This document shows positions 38,252-52,020 of a DNA stretch of 64,000 nt, in pieces (position 1 is the first letter of the stretch; every line of letters starts with the position of its first letter). A model generated the notes under the pieces. That model saw only the letters and a program-made list of their open reading frames with translations, was not told the DNA's origin and ran no database searches. This DNA is from Octopus sinensis. Taxonomy: Eukaryota. Location of the stretch: NCBI RefSeq assembly GCF_006345805.1, contig NC_043005.1:92876001-92940000 (forward strand). Reading direction: 5' to 3'. Made by a program: the position numbers and the translations under genes.

Positions 38252-39750
38252 AATATATATAATATCATTATTTGAAAAATTGAATAGAAATACATTTTCT
38301 GATAATTTTTACACTTAAATAATTCGATGTTTATAAGTTTACAAAAGATCACTTTAATAGGAATTTCTCACTCAAAAGTGGTTTTCAAATTGATACTTAG
38401 AGTTTGTTATCCACTGCTTAAATAGGGAGCGCTTAATTATAAACATACGTGCATACAAACATTAACACCCCCCCCCCCCACACACACACACACATATATG
38501 TATACCCATACGTATACACATATAGAGAGGCACACACTAATTATTAAAGTGGAAAAAATGATCAGAAAAGCCATTTCTGTTCATTTTTTCAATTAAACAC
38601 ACACAAACACACACACCCTTGTTTTGTCATCACATGATCGTTATAAATCATCATACAAGTTATGCTGTTCCTTTCAAGTCTTCTGTGAAAAACATGCCTG
38701 ACCATGGAAAAATATTACTTTGCTCGGAAACAAGTGAGGGTTGGCAACAGAAAGGGCATTCAGCCATAGAAAATTTCTCTCAATGGATTCTGTTTATCCA
38801 TGCAAGCATGGAAAAGTGGGCATTCATGATGATAATGTGTGTATGTGTGTTAATTAATCCCTATATTTTAATTTGCTGTAAATGATATATATTTGACAGC
38901 AGATTTTGCATATTGACATTAATTAAAATCCAGGGATTAGTTACTTTTTCAGAACCTTATGCTTAGATTTTCTTATTGCTTGCTTACTGTGAAACATGTT
39001 TGTATGAAATTCATAAAGAGTGACTATTTGAGTTGACAGAAAATGGTATGGCACTAGAGTTATTCAATTATGTCCTATATTCAGAGATCAAATCCTTCCA
39101 GAGCAAACCATACCTTTTATTCCAATGAAGTTGGTAAATTTTTTTATAAATCACTCAGTTATATTTCTGATTGCCTTAATGCTCAGTCAAAAGGAATTAA
39201 TAAAGTCTGAAAATGTCAGACACGTTTTCTCTCCTCTATTATACAAGACATCAGAATAGCCCAAGTCTTTTACCAATAAATTTTAAAGCCGTTACTTTTT
39301 TTATAGAATCATTTTTTAATTTTATTTCCTTGAAGAATCAAAAGCTATTTACCTACGAGTTAAGTTTTATTGATGTCAATTTATTTCTTTATATCCTTGC
39401 TGACTATAATCAGTATTTTATTAGAACCTTCCAGCTGCTAAATGTACTATGATATTAATTACATTCAAAGTGCTTTTGTTTAGAATTATCAACTAAATGC
39501 AGCTGAAATATCTGGAACAAAATTTACAACTGTTTTTTCCTTTTTCTGTATTACATATGCTCCTTTTTTTTCTGTGTCTTGTTGTTGTTGTTAATAGATG
39601 TAGTAAGTAAATTAAAGTAAGGTAGAGATTGTTATTATTAAACAAAACTAACAGGAATGATGATGATCATTATGATGATGATGATGATGATGATGATCAT
39701 CATCATCATCATCATCAGTAGTAGTAGTAGTAGTAGTAGTTGTAGCTGTA

Positions 39751-40586
39751 AAGGCAGTGAACTGGTGGAATCATCAGGCGGTCTGATAAAACAGTTTTGC
39801 ATTCTGAGTTCAAATTCTGCTAAGATCAACTTCATCTTTCATCTTCTAAGAGTTAATAAAATAAAGTACCAGTCAAGTACTGGGGTCAATGTAATCATCT
39901 ATCCCTCACAACTACTAAAATTGCTGGCCTTGTGCCAAAATTTAAAGCAATTATTATTATTGTATGCTTTAAGGTAGCAAGCTGACAGAATCATTGCTGC
40001 ACCAAACAAAATTCTTAGCAGCATTTCTTCTGGTTTTACATTTGGTTTCAAATTCCACCAAGATATAATCTGTCTTTTATGTTTTCGGGATCAATAAAAT
40101 AAATATCAGTTGAGCTTTAGGGTTGATGTAATAAACAAGACCCCTCACACACAATTTCAGGCCTTGGTTCCACAGAATAAATCATTATTTCATATTTTCA
40201 ATGCATCACTGAGCAGAGCTTTGGGCCTTCACTATATGCTGGCATGGCCGGAGAGCTGCACCATGCTTTGCTGTCTGTTTAATGTAGCCTGGGGAGACGT
40301 TTACATTGGTGCATATTCATCAACTTTGTGCTGTATATTATTATCACCATCATCATCATTATTATCACTAAGGCAGCGAGCTGGCAGAATCATTAGCATG
40401 CTGGGCAAAATGCTTAGCAGTATTTCGCTAAGCTCTACATTCTGAGTTCAAATTCCACTGATGTCGACTTAGCCTTTCATCTTTTCGGGGTCAATAAATC
40501 AAGTACCAGTCGAGTACTGGGGTTGATGTGATTGATTGTCTCCCTCCTCACAAAAAAAATCCAGGCCTTTTCCTGAAGTAGAAAGG

Positions 40587-40618
<32 letters not shown>

Positions 40619-40838
40619 GGTGGTGAGCTTGGCAGAATTGTTAGCATGCTGGGTAAAATGCTTAGCACTGTTTTGTTCATCTCATCTTTAAGTTTTAAGT
40701 TCAAATTCCACTGAGGTCGACTTTACCTTTCATCCTTTCAGGGTTGATAGATTAAGTACCACTTATGCACTGAGCTTGATGTAATCAACTAGTTCCCTTC
40801 CCCCAAATTTCAGGCCTTGTGCCTTTAGCAGAAACGAC

Positions 40839-40886
<48 letters not shown>

Positions 40887-41091
40887 CTAAGGCAAAATTG
40901 TTAGCATATTGGACAAAATGCTTAGTGGTATTTTCCCCGTTGCTACATTCTGAGTTTAAATTCTGCTGAGGCTGACTTTGCTTTTCATCCTTCCAGGGTC
41001 GATAATTTAAGTACCAGTTGTGCACGGGGGGTAGATGTAATTGACTCATCCCCTTTCCCAAAATTTCTGCCCTTGTGGCAAAATTTGAAGC

Positions 41092-41092
<1 letters not shown>
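39751..41092 (+). mobile_element. Array of five co-oriented SINE family A copies (starts about 39751, 39971, 40370, 40617, 40889)
   Basis: Each begins aagg(c/t)...gctggcagaa (A-box-like; truncated in the last), has gagttcaaattc (B-box-like) and ends in (ATT)n; the next copy usually starts within that tail. Confidence 0.9.
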
Positions 41093-41140
<48 letters not shown>

Positions 41141-41155
41141 GTTATTATTATTATC

Positions 41156-42057
41156 ATCGTATGTTTGACTTTTGCTTTACATTTGTACAAGTTGGCTCCA
41201 AGTCTCACACAGAGACCTCAAGAGACAACAAGTTGGAAGTTCATGTTGGTGTTATGCCTAGGGTGCCATATATTTGGTTTTGTAAATAGTGTTGTTCTTA
41301 AAAATGTTTAAGAAACCATAAGAAAATTGTGTTTGTTTTAAAATTTGAGATTACATAGAAAGTATTTTACGCAGTTCCCATGAGCACTATCTTTGGAATT
41401 TCTGCCATTTTTGGGTTTCCTGGTATCTGAGCTAGATAGCAATCAGCCCCTTTTGCTATCATTCCTAGGGCACCTACGACAACAAGTATAGTTTTAGTTT
41501 TCAGGTTCTACATTTTGCTAATTTCTATTTCAAGATCTTTATACTTGCTCAGTTTTTGGTAGGTCTTGACCGATACGTTTATATCGATTGGGACAGTCAT
41601 ATCAATGAGGAGGCATGTTTTTTGTCTGAAGTCTTTCAATATGATGTCTGGCCTATTCGCATATATCTTTCTGTCAGTTTGAATGGTGAAGTTCCAGAGG
41701 AGTGAGGTGTGGTCGTTTTCAAGCACTGGAGGTGGTTTGTGTTACCACCAGTTTTTATCATGGGGCAAATCCAAGCTTTTGCAAATTACCCAGTGAATAT
41801 ATTGTGCAGCTCTATCATGTCTGTTGAGATACTCTGTAGGCGCTAGAAGACTGCACTTGGAGACAACATGATCAATGGTTTCATTTTGTTGTTGACATAC
41901 ACGACATGTTGGGAAGCTGGCATTCCTTAATATGTTGGCCTGGTAGTTCCTTGTAGGTAGGCATTGATCTTGGGCTGCTATGAAAATCCTTTCTGCTTCA
42001 GATTTTAAGCCAGATGTCATTAGCCATTGATGGGCAAGGGCTTTGTCAACATCAGTT
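41156..42057 (-). mobile_element. R4/Dong-like RLE non-LTR retrotransposon fragment A
   Basis: AAQDQCLPTR, CRVC...ETIDHVVSKC (CCHC), NRPDIIL...LLIDMTVP...KLSKYKDLEIE (RLE); bounded by (TAA)n arrays. Confidence 0.9.
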
Positions 42058-42157
42058 ATTATTATTATTATTATTATTATATTATTATTATTATTATTAC
42101 TGTTATTATTATTGTTATTATCATTGTTGTTGTTATTATTATTATGATTATTATCAT

Positions 42158-42419
42158 TACTGTACTTCTCAGAGCTCTCAGTCTTACTTGCTCTGGGTGA
42201 TTCTGTGAGAGCAGACAGCAACCTGTTGTCAGACGTCACACAGAGTCTCTTTCTGCTAATTATAAGCTTTGGTACTTGGATGTTAACTTATCATGGAAGA
42301 CTCTCAACACCCAAGCACCAATCTCAAAATCTTACCTGTCCCCAGTAGAGCAGTTTTTTGGGGCCTGCTCTGCCCTTGTGTGAATTCCAATGTCTCTGAC
42401 ATATTTCTTGACTCTGGTT

Positions 42420-42420
<1 letters not shown>
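42158..42420 (-). mobile_element. R4/Dong-like 3' end fragment B
   Basis: KYVRDIGIHTRAEQ.. frameshifted to QKTALLGT-like C-terminus; UTR ends in (TAA)n. Confidence 0.65.
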
Positions 42421-42460
<40 letters not shown>

Positions 42461-42517
42461 TATCATCATCATCATCATCATCATCATTATTATTATTATC
42501 ATCATCATCATCATCAT

Positions 42518-43528
42518 TGATTTGGCACAGGTTTATACTTATTCCTCGTAGAATTTATGTGTGTGGCAGGTTGCTGCCCGTAACCTTCGGTATTCTCAAT
42601 CTTTCAATAGTCTTTCAAGTGCTTAGAAGCCTCCTGATAATTTTTCCTGTCTCTAAGAGGCAAACTTTCTGTAGAAGCTCTACAGGACATTCTATTTCAA
42701 TCTCCTTCAACCATTTCTCTATATCTTCATTTACAGTTCACCATGCACCAATTATTATAGGCACAACCTTTACAATTTTCAAATTCCAAATTCTTGCAAT
42801 TTCAAATTTTAAGAGATTGTAATTTAAAAAATTTTTCGTCTTCTTTCTTTACAATCCTGGAATCCAATAGACATGATGGATCAATTAGCAGGTAACTTCC
42901 AATTTCCTTATCCACTATTGCTATATCTGGCCTTTTATTTTGTAATTTCTTGTCTGTTTCAGTAGGAAAGTCCCACAGAATCTTACAATTCTCCAACTGC
43001 AGCACTCTTTTCATTTGATATTCATACCATGCATCTCCAATTTCAAATCCCCAAAGCTTCAAGTGTAAAATTTGTACTACTTGATTGTGTCTCCATTTCT
43101 TATATTCTTCCTGTGCCAACTTGGGGCATTCTGCTACAATGTGTGCCACTGTTTCATTCCAAGTTCCACAGATTCCTCAAGTTGTTTGTTTTTATCACTT
43201 GATCTTGGGGCTGCTACAATTAGACACTATGTTTCTTTTCTTAATTGCTCCTTTTTTTAATCCAGCACAGGATTTTGTTCCACGTACATCTTCAGTGGCT
43301 CACCAAAACTGACCGTGCCAAGGTTTCTCTTCAATCTATCTAATGTTCCCTCTTTGAATTTCATTCTTGTCCTTCTCTGCTATTCCACACTTGACCACCT
43401 GTTCCTTAATCACTGTCTTTGATAGTTTCTCTGTGCCGTTCTGTAAATATTCTAGTAGGCTTTTTCTTTCCATCTGTCCACACTCTTCCACGGCAATTAA
43501 GTTTCTTCCACCCTGTTCTTAGTCTTCT
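42518..43528 (-). mobile_element. R4/Dong-like fragment C
   Basis: AHIVAECPKLAQEEYKKWRHNQV, ILWDFPTETDKKLQNKRPDIAIVDKE...LLIDPSC, LLQKVCLLETGKIIRRLL; ends in (TGA)n/(TAA)n. Confidence 0.88.
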
Positions 43529-44262
43529 TAAATTCCAGAATCTTTCTTAGGAATCTTGCAGAATATAGGATGGCACTTTCTGCAGGTTAACAACACACGT
43601 CTCAATTCCAATAGCCTTCAGCCTCTTAGGTAGCAGTTTGGGTGTTGTGCCGGGTACATCAGCTACAAAAGGGACGGTTATTTGTCTTTCACAGTCTCAT
43701 CTCTCTGGCTATGCCTGATATTTCTCAATTTCTTTGGCATCCACTCTACTATCATATGGCATTGCAAAGTCTATGGCCATACACTGTTTGCTTTCTCTGT
43801 CCTCTATAATCATATCTTGTCTATTTGCTCCAATTGTATATCTCTATGGAGATGTTCTGTAGTTACCGTTTCACCATGATGACCTCTGGCTCAAATTTGT
43901 GCCACTTTTCCATCACTTTCAATTCTAATGTACTCTTTTGCTGGCACCGTCACACCTACGTGTATACACTATATGTGCTAGCTACTTACTTAGGAAATGG
44001 TTAATATATTTGTCCCCTTTTCCACACATTTTGCATTTATTCTTCAAGTCTTATCAATCTGTCTTCATCAAATTCATTCTAATGGCTTGTTCCTAAACGC
44101 TTTGATTAGCTCTTCAGTCTCCCATTTCAGGTTTCCATGTCAGCCATAACCAAACAGCATTCTTTGCTCACAGCTTTCTCAGTTTTTTGCATGAATTAGC
44201 CTTGTAATTCTTTCTTTCCAGCAATTTTTCTTATCATTTTCTTTTTCTGTTCTTGACTACTT
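43529..44262 (-). mobile_element. R4/Dong-like fragment D (more degenerate)
   Basis: Frameshifted NRQDMIIEDRESKQCMAIDFAMPYDSRVDAKEIEKYQ and PKRLKAIGIETCVVNLQK. Confidence 0.75.
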
Positions 44263-47200
44263 TCACTATTTCATGGCTCTTGAAGCATGCATATGTGTGT
44301 TCATTTCACTTCACTTTAAACCTAAACCATATTTATAGCATTACCAAATTAAATTTTCTTTGGAGGATTTGCTAAAAAAGGATTATTATTCTAAGGAAAG
44401 CTTGCTTGAGGCATAAACAATGTTTTTACAGACTTTTTCTTATTTATTTAGATACATGACATTTTAACTTTCAAAATGGTTACCAAATGAAAGGATAATA
44501 CACAACAAAATATTGCAACAGGTAGGCAAGAAAAAAAAACAATGCAAAATCAAAAAAAAAGAAAGAAACAACTAAACAAAAAAGAGATAAAAAAAACAAA
44601 CATTTAACTAAGCAATTAATATGAAAAAATATTTCAAACAGTCTAACAGGTAGTTTTGAAGATGACAACACTAGCAACAAAAACACCAACATTTCTACTT
44701 TAAATTGCTCATTTAGTAACTGTCTTAATGTTATTCTTGCTTCACTTATGCAGAAAAAAACAAAAACAAATAGAATTTTTACACTTAACTCAGTCCCAAA
44801 TAAAAAAAGAGAAGACTTTTGCAATACCAAACAGTGTTTCTTAGCCACAGTATCTAATCTAAAGAAGAGCACAGAAAAATTATATATCTGTGATTCAGAA
44901 AAGATGGCACCAAACTGAATCTATCCTCATGATAGGAATTACAACAAATTCTTCAGGACATTTCAGAAGAAATCCTTTCAATCATAAAAGGAAGATGTTA
45001 TGGCACTATCTACTGTAATTTCAAAATCAAAGAGTCAGCCAAAAAACACAGACTGAAATTGTTAGACATAATGTTTGTGTCCGATTGCATGGGATGAAGA
45101 AATACAAGAGTGATAAGAAGAGGCATCAAAAGTGGTGTAGATCAATAGTTTGTCGTCACTTTCATGTTGCTGTATGGGCAAGTGGTTAAAGCGTAGCAAA
45201 CAAGTGGTAACATGAGACCAGGGGTCATCAAAATAGATTTGCAAATCCTACAAATTTCCAAAGGCCACAAAGCTATGCCAGAACTGTGCCCATTTGAGTG
45301 TCAAGACAAAAGACATGAGATTGAGATGAGACAAGGCAAAAAAGCTTAGTTAGTAACATTTATTGTAATAGGAACAACTTGCCCCGAAGAACTCGAAATC
45401 CTTGGCCAGAAGACTAGAAAGGAAAGAAATAGAAACCAGCTGAAACTACAAGAACCACAGACCCTGATTTCAAGGGCACCATCATTCAAAACTGATGTGA
45501 CAAGAGAAATTGCTTTAGAAACAGCCACAAACATCCTGTCTCTGAAGAGAAGCAACCAGTTGTACCACCACCCCATTATCATGTGACAAGAAAGGAATAG
45601 AGTTGAAGAAATGTACAAAGTGTCAAAGAAAACACTGAAGGAAAAACAAGGAAAAATAATCTCAAAAGAGGAAAAGTCAACATAAAAGAATTAAAATGGA
45701 TGAAGAAGATTAACTTCCATAAAACAATAATGAAACAAAATAACAAAGAAGACAAAGTAGAGGACAGGGAACTGGGATACACCATCCTTTGGAAATCAAG
45801 CAAACAACTTTTAAATAAATTCTCATATCCATGACTCCATGGATTTTCCAATGAAGTCAAAATAACAGAAATACAGGCAATAGGCCAAAAATAGATTGTT
45901 CGTAAAAATAAAACAAAAGCACAGTAATGGACTAAAATTTAAAATTTTTATTCCTCCATTTATGTATTGCACAATACCTTTCACCTCTCCACTTTGTCTA
46001 ACTTATCTTTCCTGAATGCACACATTTTCTTTGTATGAGAAGAGGCTGAGAAGGTCCATGGCTGACAATGAAGGAGTGATGCTAGAGCTGTGAAATCTTG
46101 CATGCATTAATCTCAGCTCTTCTTATTAATAACTGCATTGTTTCTTTCCAGATAAACTGACAAGGAAACAGTAATGTATCACACACACAAAGATATGTGC
46201 GTGTGTGTGTATACAATGGGCTTCTTACAGTTTCTGTCTACCAAATTCACTCACAAGGTTTTTGTCAGCTGAGACTAGTTGAAGACATTTGACCAAGGTA
46301 TTACAAAGTGGGACTGAACTCAAAGCCCTGTGGTTGAGCTGCTTAACCACATAGCCTTTTATATTTTTATTTCATATTCTTAATTTTATTCTCTGATTTT
46401 TTCCCCCCATTCCTTATATAATTCTTAAAACTTATTAATTCCTCTTTTCTCAGATTTTCTAAACAACTAAATATAAATCACATCTGTTGCATTGCAGACA
46501 GTGATAACAATTTGACTTCATGTTTCCAGATGACTTACTTCAACTTGTCCTACAAATAATTGTTACAAAAAGATTTCACAACATATGAATCTATTCAGGG
46601 CTTAATTAAGTCAATGAGATTGTGAACATTAAATTTAATTTTTAAGACTAGTTTCAGCACATTTCTGTAAGTGACAGCATGTTTAATGTTTACAACACAT
46701 GCATCGATACAGACACACACACACACATTCACATTGCCTAAACACACATCTAAGTAAGTGTCCCCACCATTGTCATTTAATGTCTGTTTTCTGTGCTGGA
46801 AGGGTTTGTAGTTATCTACCAATGTATGATGTGTATGTGTATATATGTATGTATGTATGTATGTATGCATGTTGAATGTATGTGTGTATGTACATTGTAT
46901 GTATGTAAAGAATACAATATTTTGAATGGCACAACAATGCACTATAATACAAACAATGGACTATAAGAACTGTTGTAATTTAATCATCCATAGTCTGATA
47001 TGATATTCCGGAATAAAAATTCCTCCTTCAGATATTCCTAGGAATTGATGGGTTGCTGCTATAATCGGTTTTCCAACGGCTTTTCTTGTATGTATGTAGC
47101 TGAAAAACAGTAATAATGGCATTATAATCTCAAATGATTTTGTCCAGCAAATAAGCAGTTATTCATTAATCCTGGGTTCAATTATGTTTTGATTCTAACA

Positions 47201-47439
47201 TTGATGAGATGCATTTGCCTAATTTATTTCCAAATTAGAAAATTTATAAAGTTACAAGTATCATGCTCTCATTAGCATTATGACAAATTTTAATTAGACA
47301 AAATGATAAGCACCAGCCAGCATGAGTACCACAGATTTTTATACATGAAAATATGCTTAATGCTTATAAGAAAGTAAATATGATTTAAACATATCAATGA
47401 CAGACATGTCAACTTGAAGAATGCTACAGTGTTGAGATA

Positions 47440-48235
47440 TGCAAATGTCATCAAGCTACACCTTGAGATAAAAAGAACATGTCCTATACGCTCTTTCCGG
47501 CACGCAGCAATGGATTATCAACTGGGAACTCACACTGGCTGTGGACAGGTGCGTCACCATGCACTTTGGGAGAAAAAATCCAGCTTTTACCTATACCAAT
47601 CTTCAGAAGTCTGTTAGTGAATGTGACCTGGGTATTATTGTCAACAGCGATTTGCAATGGACAAAGCTCATCTCTAAGATTGTCAAGAAGGCTGAGTGTG
47701 TCTTGGCATCACTTAGTAAGACCTTTCGTCAGCTGCTCTCAACTATGGTGTGTTTTCATTTAGAGTCTGCATCACCAGCCTGGAACCAGCATTCCCAGGT
47801 ATTGCAATATCTATAATCTTGCTCAGCATATCAGTCTCCTTGAAAATGTTCAAAAACAGGCAACCAGACGAATACCTGCCATCAAGCATCTACCATACTC
47901 TGAATGTCTTGCTTCCCTGGGCATAGACACATTGAAGCTCAGACGTCTGGCAATTGACTTGGTAGACACCCACAAGATTATCCACCATCTTTCCAACAAC
48001 AACCTTGGGCACCTTTTTGAATTCCATTGACAAACACTTGCAGACATGCTTATAAAATCAAAAAACAACACAGTACCCATGACTTTCGAAAACATTTTTT
48101 CACACTCAGAATTGCTAAAGCATGGAATAAACTACCTGCATCAGTTGTAAGCAGTCGAGATGCTACATCCTTAAAAATTCCATGCTTCCTGAAATTCGCC
48201 AACAATACAACTGATGCCCTCTGCTCAGGAATCTG
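47440..48235 (+). mobile_element. CR1 LINE, third family, degenerate 3' portion
   Basis: CVTMHFGRKNP, CDLGIIVNSDLQW, RKHFFTLRIAKAWNKLP. Confidence 0.85.
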
Positions 48236-48340
48236 AAGTCACTAACAAGTAACCTGTGTTGAGGGGAGCACCCTTCACTTGAGTAGGACTTTGCATTCAC
48301 AAGCAACCATCTTTCCCATTTTCTAGGTAGAATGTAGTAA
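48236..48340 (-). mobile_element. RTE endonuclease-end fragment
   Basis: NAKSYSSEGCSPQHRLLVSDF resembles the RTE APE C-terminal EECTPQHRLVVSDF. Confidence 0.55.
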
Positions 48341-49299
48341 ATCTGGCTTGTTTGGCCACTAAGGTTGATAGGTGAACAGGTAACTGACTGGTTTCCTGAA
48401 GTTAGTATTGCATAGGTCATAAAATCGATCTTTCTGTTCATCTGGCAGCCCTGATTGAGGAGCAGATGTAGAAATAATAGTTGCTGTTCCACTTTGCAAA
48501 ACTAGTCTAAGTGTATCAAATACATCTCAATAGCCTTATCAACCAATGGCTCAGCAAGAAGTATGTCCCCACCACCAGCCCCTTCCCCATTGCCCACCCA
48601 GAAGATTTTGTACCTTGCCTGTGAGGAACCTGGTACAAACTCCCTCCACCTTACTTCTTGAATGCAACACACATCTAAACACCTTCATTCTAGCATGTCA
48701 ACAATCTCACCAGGCCTCTTTTTCAATGTGTCCATATTGATTGTGCCAACCGTGTGATGAAGGAAATGCAAAAGGGAACAAGGGGACACAGCATTCTGCA
48801 TCTAAAAAGGTTTGCACAGACATTTGCCAAACATATCATACAGGTTCATTTAATTTACCATTATTCATTCACTTCATACTTGCCACATCTACCAGAAGAG
48901 GGTGTGCTACACACCATTGCTTATTCAAAGATAAGAGAGATAAAAGAGTGTCAATAATTAAACTACTGGCAAATACATTTGTTACTTGTCATGTTTCCGA
49001 TGCGAGCAAGCTAGCAATTCCATTTCTATATTGTAGTACTGTTGCTGCAAGTGATCTGATGTTGTTAGGAGGGAAGGGTTAGGTGGAAGAGAGCTTTCCA
49101 TACAGGTTTCCAGAATAGAAGGAGGGTTCTAAGAGAAAGACTTCTGGTATAGGTGGTGGGGGTGCAATGGGAGTGCATACAGCAAACGACCAAGCCACAT
49201 GGCAGAAACATAGTGATGAAGAAGGTCAGATAAGATATTCAACAAGCTAAATCAGAAGAAATATATTTTCAGGAATTTATTTATCCGATTTTTTAATGT

Positions 49300-51270
49300 G
49301 AAAAATACTTTATCTGGTGTCATTTTAATTGCATTTTTATTGTTTTCTGTTTTTCTTTTTCTTCAGTCATTTATTTGTATCATCAAAGTGCTTCATCCAA
49401 GTTTCCCTAAACTTGCCTCGTTTAGGGTCAATATTCTTTAACAATTTGCTTCAGCTTTTCACATTCACAAAAAATCTTTAAAATAACTTAAATATCTTTC
49501 AAAATGGCTCTCGTGTTGCTTGGTGTTGTTTTTTCTAAGCTTCATGAATATCTTGAATGGCATCTTTTAGAATAAACTGTTTCTAAAACTCCACCAATAA
49601 AACTGCAATTTCTTCCAATAAAATTGCAATTTAATTGCTTGCATAAAGGTTCTTCTTTAAAAACTAATTTTTAAAATAATAATCATTCTTTCATCCAAAG
49701 GCTGTTAAAGGGATGTCATGTTTGAGAGCAAAAACATGACATTCTCATGTTTGTCCATATCATTAATTGCAGTGAAATAACCAGGATATTGCCTGAAATT
49801 AAGAACACTTTCCAAGTAATATTTTTTGCTTAACAATTTTTTCAACTACTGGGCAAAACTGGGTTGGAAGCCAATTTTCAAAAAGAGCTTTGGCCACCAA
49901 TGTTTTCTTGTTAGAATGCCCAAAATACTGGTAGAAATAATTTTTTTATAGAATTTGAGAACCTGGTGATGTTGTTTGTGATAAAAAAAAAAAAAGCAGT
50001 CTGGGGATCATCTTCTGAAGAGCTAAATAGCATTGTGTCATCTGCAACTATCAGGTGACCAATTCTGCATCCTCTGAGTGTGACATCCCTTCCTCATTTG
50101 CTGTGCAAATCAATCTAGTTCTTAAAAAATTATAAAAAGGGAGTGACATTACACTTGTCACCTTCATTACACTGGATTCTTCAAGCTGAGCCAACCAGCA
50201 CGAAGCCTAAAACCAAGAATAAAATGGCAGCAGGGTAATATCCATAGTCTTAATTAGTTATGCTTGGAAATCCAGCTGAGAAGTGTAATGATGGATACTT
50301 CTGATAGAACTCTATGAAGGAAGTGTCTGAGGATGCATCCATAACCCTCCTAGAAATAGTCAGTGAAGAAAATGGATGGATAGATACATGAACAATGGGT
50401 TTTCATTTTACCTCACCTTCACCGTTTCCTCCCAATAAATGTGTTTAATCCATCTTTCGACATGTTAAATCAAGGTTACTAATTTTTATTTCTCTGACAA
50501 AAAAGACATTCTTTTCATCAACCCATTTCATCAACATCAAGCATTTATTTATCATAATAAGATCTCTTTTGACTATTTCTTAAAACATCAAGATGTTTCT
50601 CTTACATATTCATCTGTGCACCTTTAACAATTTTTTTCAACTAATTGGATCTGGAGGAAATGGAGTGTACTTGTAGCCTTCATGGACCCTCTGGTGAGAT
50701 TGATTCCATTATTGTTCCAGTTAGGCTGTTGCAAGTGAACAACCACAAGAAAGATATGAGCAGGAAGGGCATTCCCAAAGGCAAAGTTTTGGTGAAGGAC
50801 TTAGCATAGTTTTGGTGAAGGACTTAGATTAGTGTTAAGTCTGGGGGAGATGAATGACTCAGGAGTGCTTAAATGGAAGAGGTATGAAACTTGCTAGGGA
50901 TCATTATACTCGTGGTAATAAAAGGTACCATGTTCTGCAATGTAGTGGTGTACTACCAGAGTACCAAAGACCGTTATAGTAGCGATGATAAAAAAAGCAG
51001 AGAATAGAGACAGCACAGTATATGCCAGAGGTTAAAGTGTGTCCATGAGCTTTTTATGCTACCCATTCAAGCAGCCTTTTTCTGAATGCTGCTTTGAATA
51101 TCTGTTATAAGAATGCTGTGAGTTCCTGTTCGAATGTTGAAACTGTGAAACCAATCAGAACTAGAAGCAAAAAGTTTTTTTTTTCCACTCCCTGCTAGAT
51201 TCTCATTTTCTATTATTAAGTTTTCTTTGCTTAACTCTTTTGACACCAATCCATATAAGACCAGACTTGG
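49300..51270 (-). mobile_element. Tigger/pogo (CENP-B-type) transposase relics, fragmented
   Basis: FASSSDWFHSFNIRTGTHS (HTH end, about 51070-51200) and VMFLLSNMTSL*QPLD (DDE, about 49690-49750). Confidence 0.6.
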
Positions 51271-51379
51271 TTGCAAGATACTAACTTTCTGTCTTCCTAT
51301 CAGGGGAGAACAAGCTGGTTTCTGACCTGGGCACAGATGCTGAAACCAAATCTTTGCCCTTTGTAAGCTGATGGAAGAA

Positions 51380-52020
51380 TGATTGCACAGTGGATGGCAG
51401 ACAGTGGTTATTTCATTGACTTCAAGTCTCACCTTTGACTGCATCAACAGGACTTCCCTATGGAGATCATTGGAAACCAAGCAAGTCCCTCAGAAAATCA
51501 TTGTGTACCTATGTTCGGCCTATGTTGATTCAACCAGCCTGGTTTGGATTGGAGATAACCTCTCTGAAGAGTTTGCCATCAGGACAGGCGTTCAACAAGG
51601 AGATGTGGCCTCCCCCTCTCCTGTTCAATGTTATCATTAATGCTATCATGTGGCAGGCTTTCAATAGACAAAAGGGGTTACAGTTCAATGCCAACAGATC
51701 TGTGCTTGACCTCATGTTTGCTGATAACGGCACGATCCTTGCCACTAATGACACCAAAGCTATGGATATCTTGCACAAAATTGCCTGCTTTGTTTGGCCT
51801 TATGGTCACAGGATCAACGTGGACAAGATGAAAGTTGTAACAACAAATGGCTTTCCAGCCATTGTGTGTCTTGATGGCATTTCAGATTGAGTAGGTCCAG
51901 GTATTCAAATATTTTGGTTCACTGGTTGCAAAGTTGAAAGCAGAGTCAACAACATGGATGAACTGCGGAATCAGGTCTGCTACGTCGGTGTTTGCATCCA
52001 TTCAGTGGTGTGTCTGACAC
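51380..52020 (+). mobile_element. Degenerate RTE-like RT fragment
   Basis: FDCINRTSLW, FAIRTGVQQGDVASP, DLMFADN, RINVDKMKV. Confidence 0.75.

Noticed and set aside
44870-45900. A-rich stretch suggestive of a decayed LINE ORF
   Set aside because: No diagnostic motif could be read, so it is left unannotated
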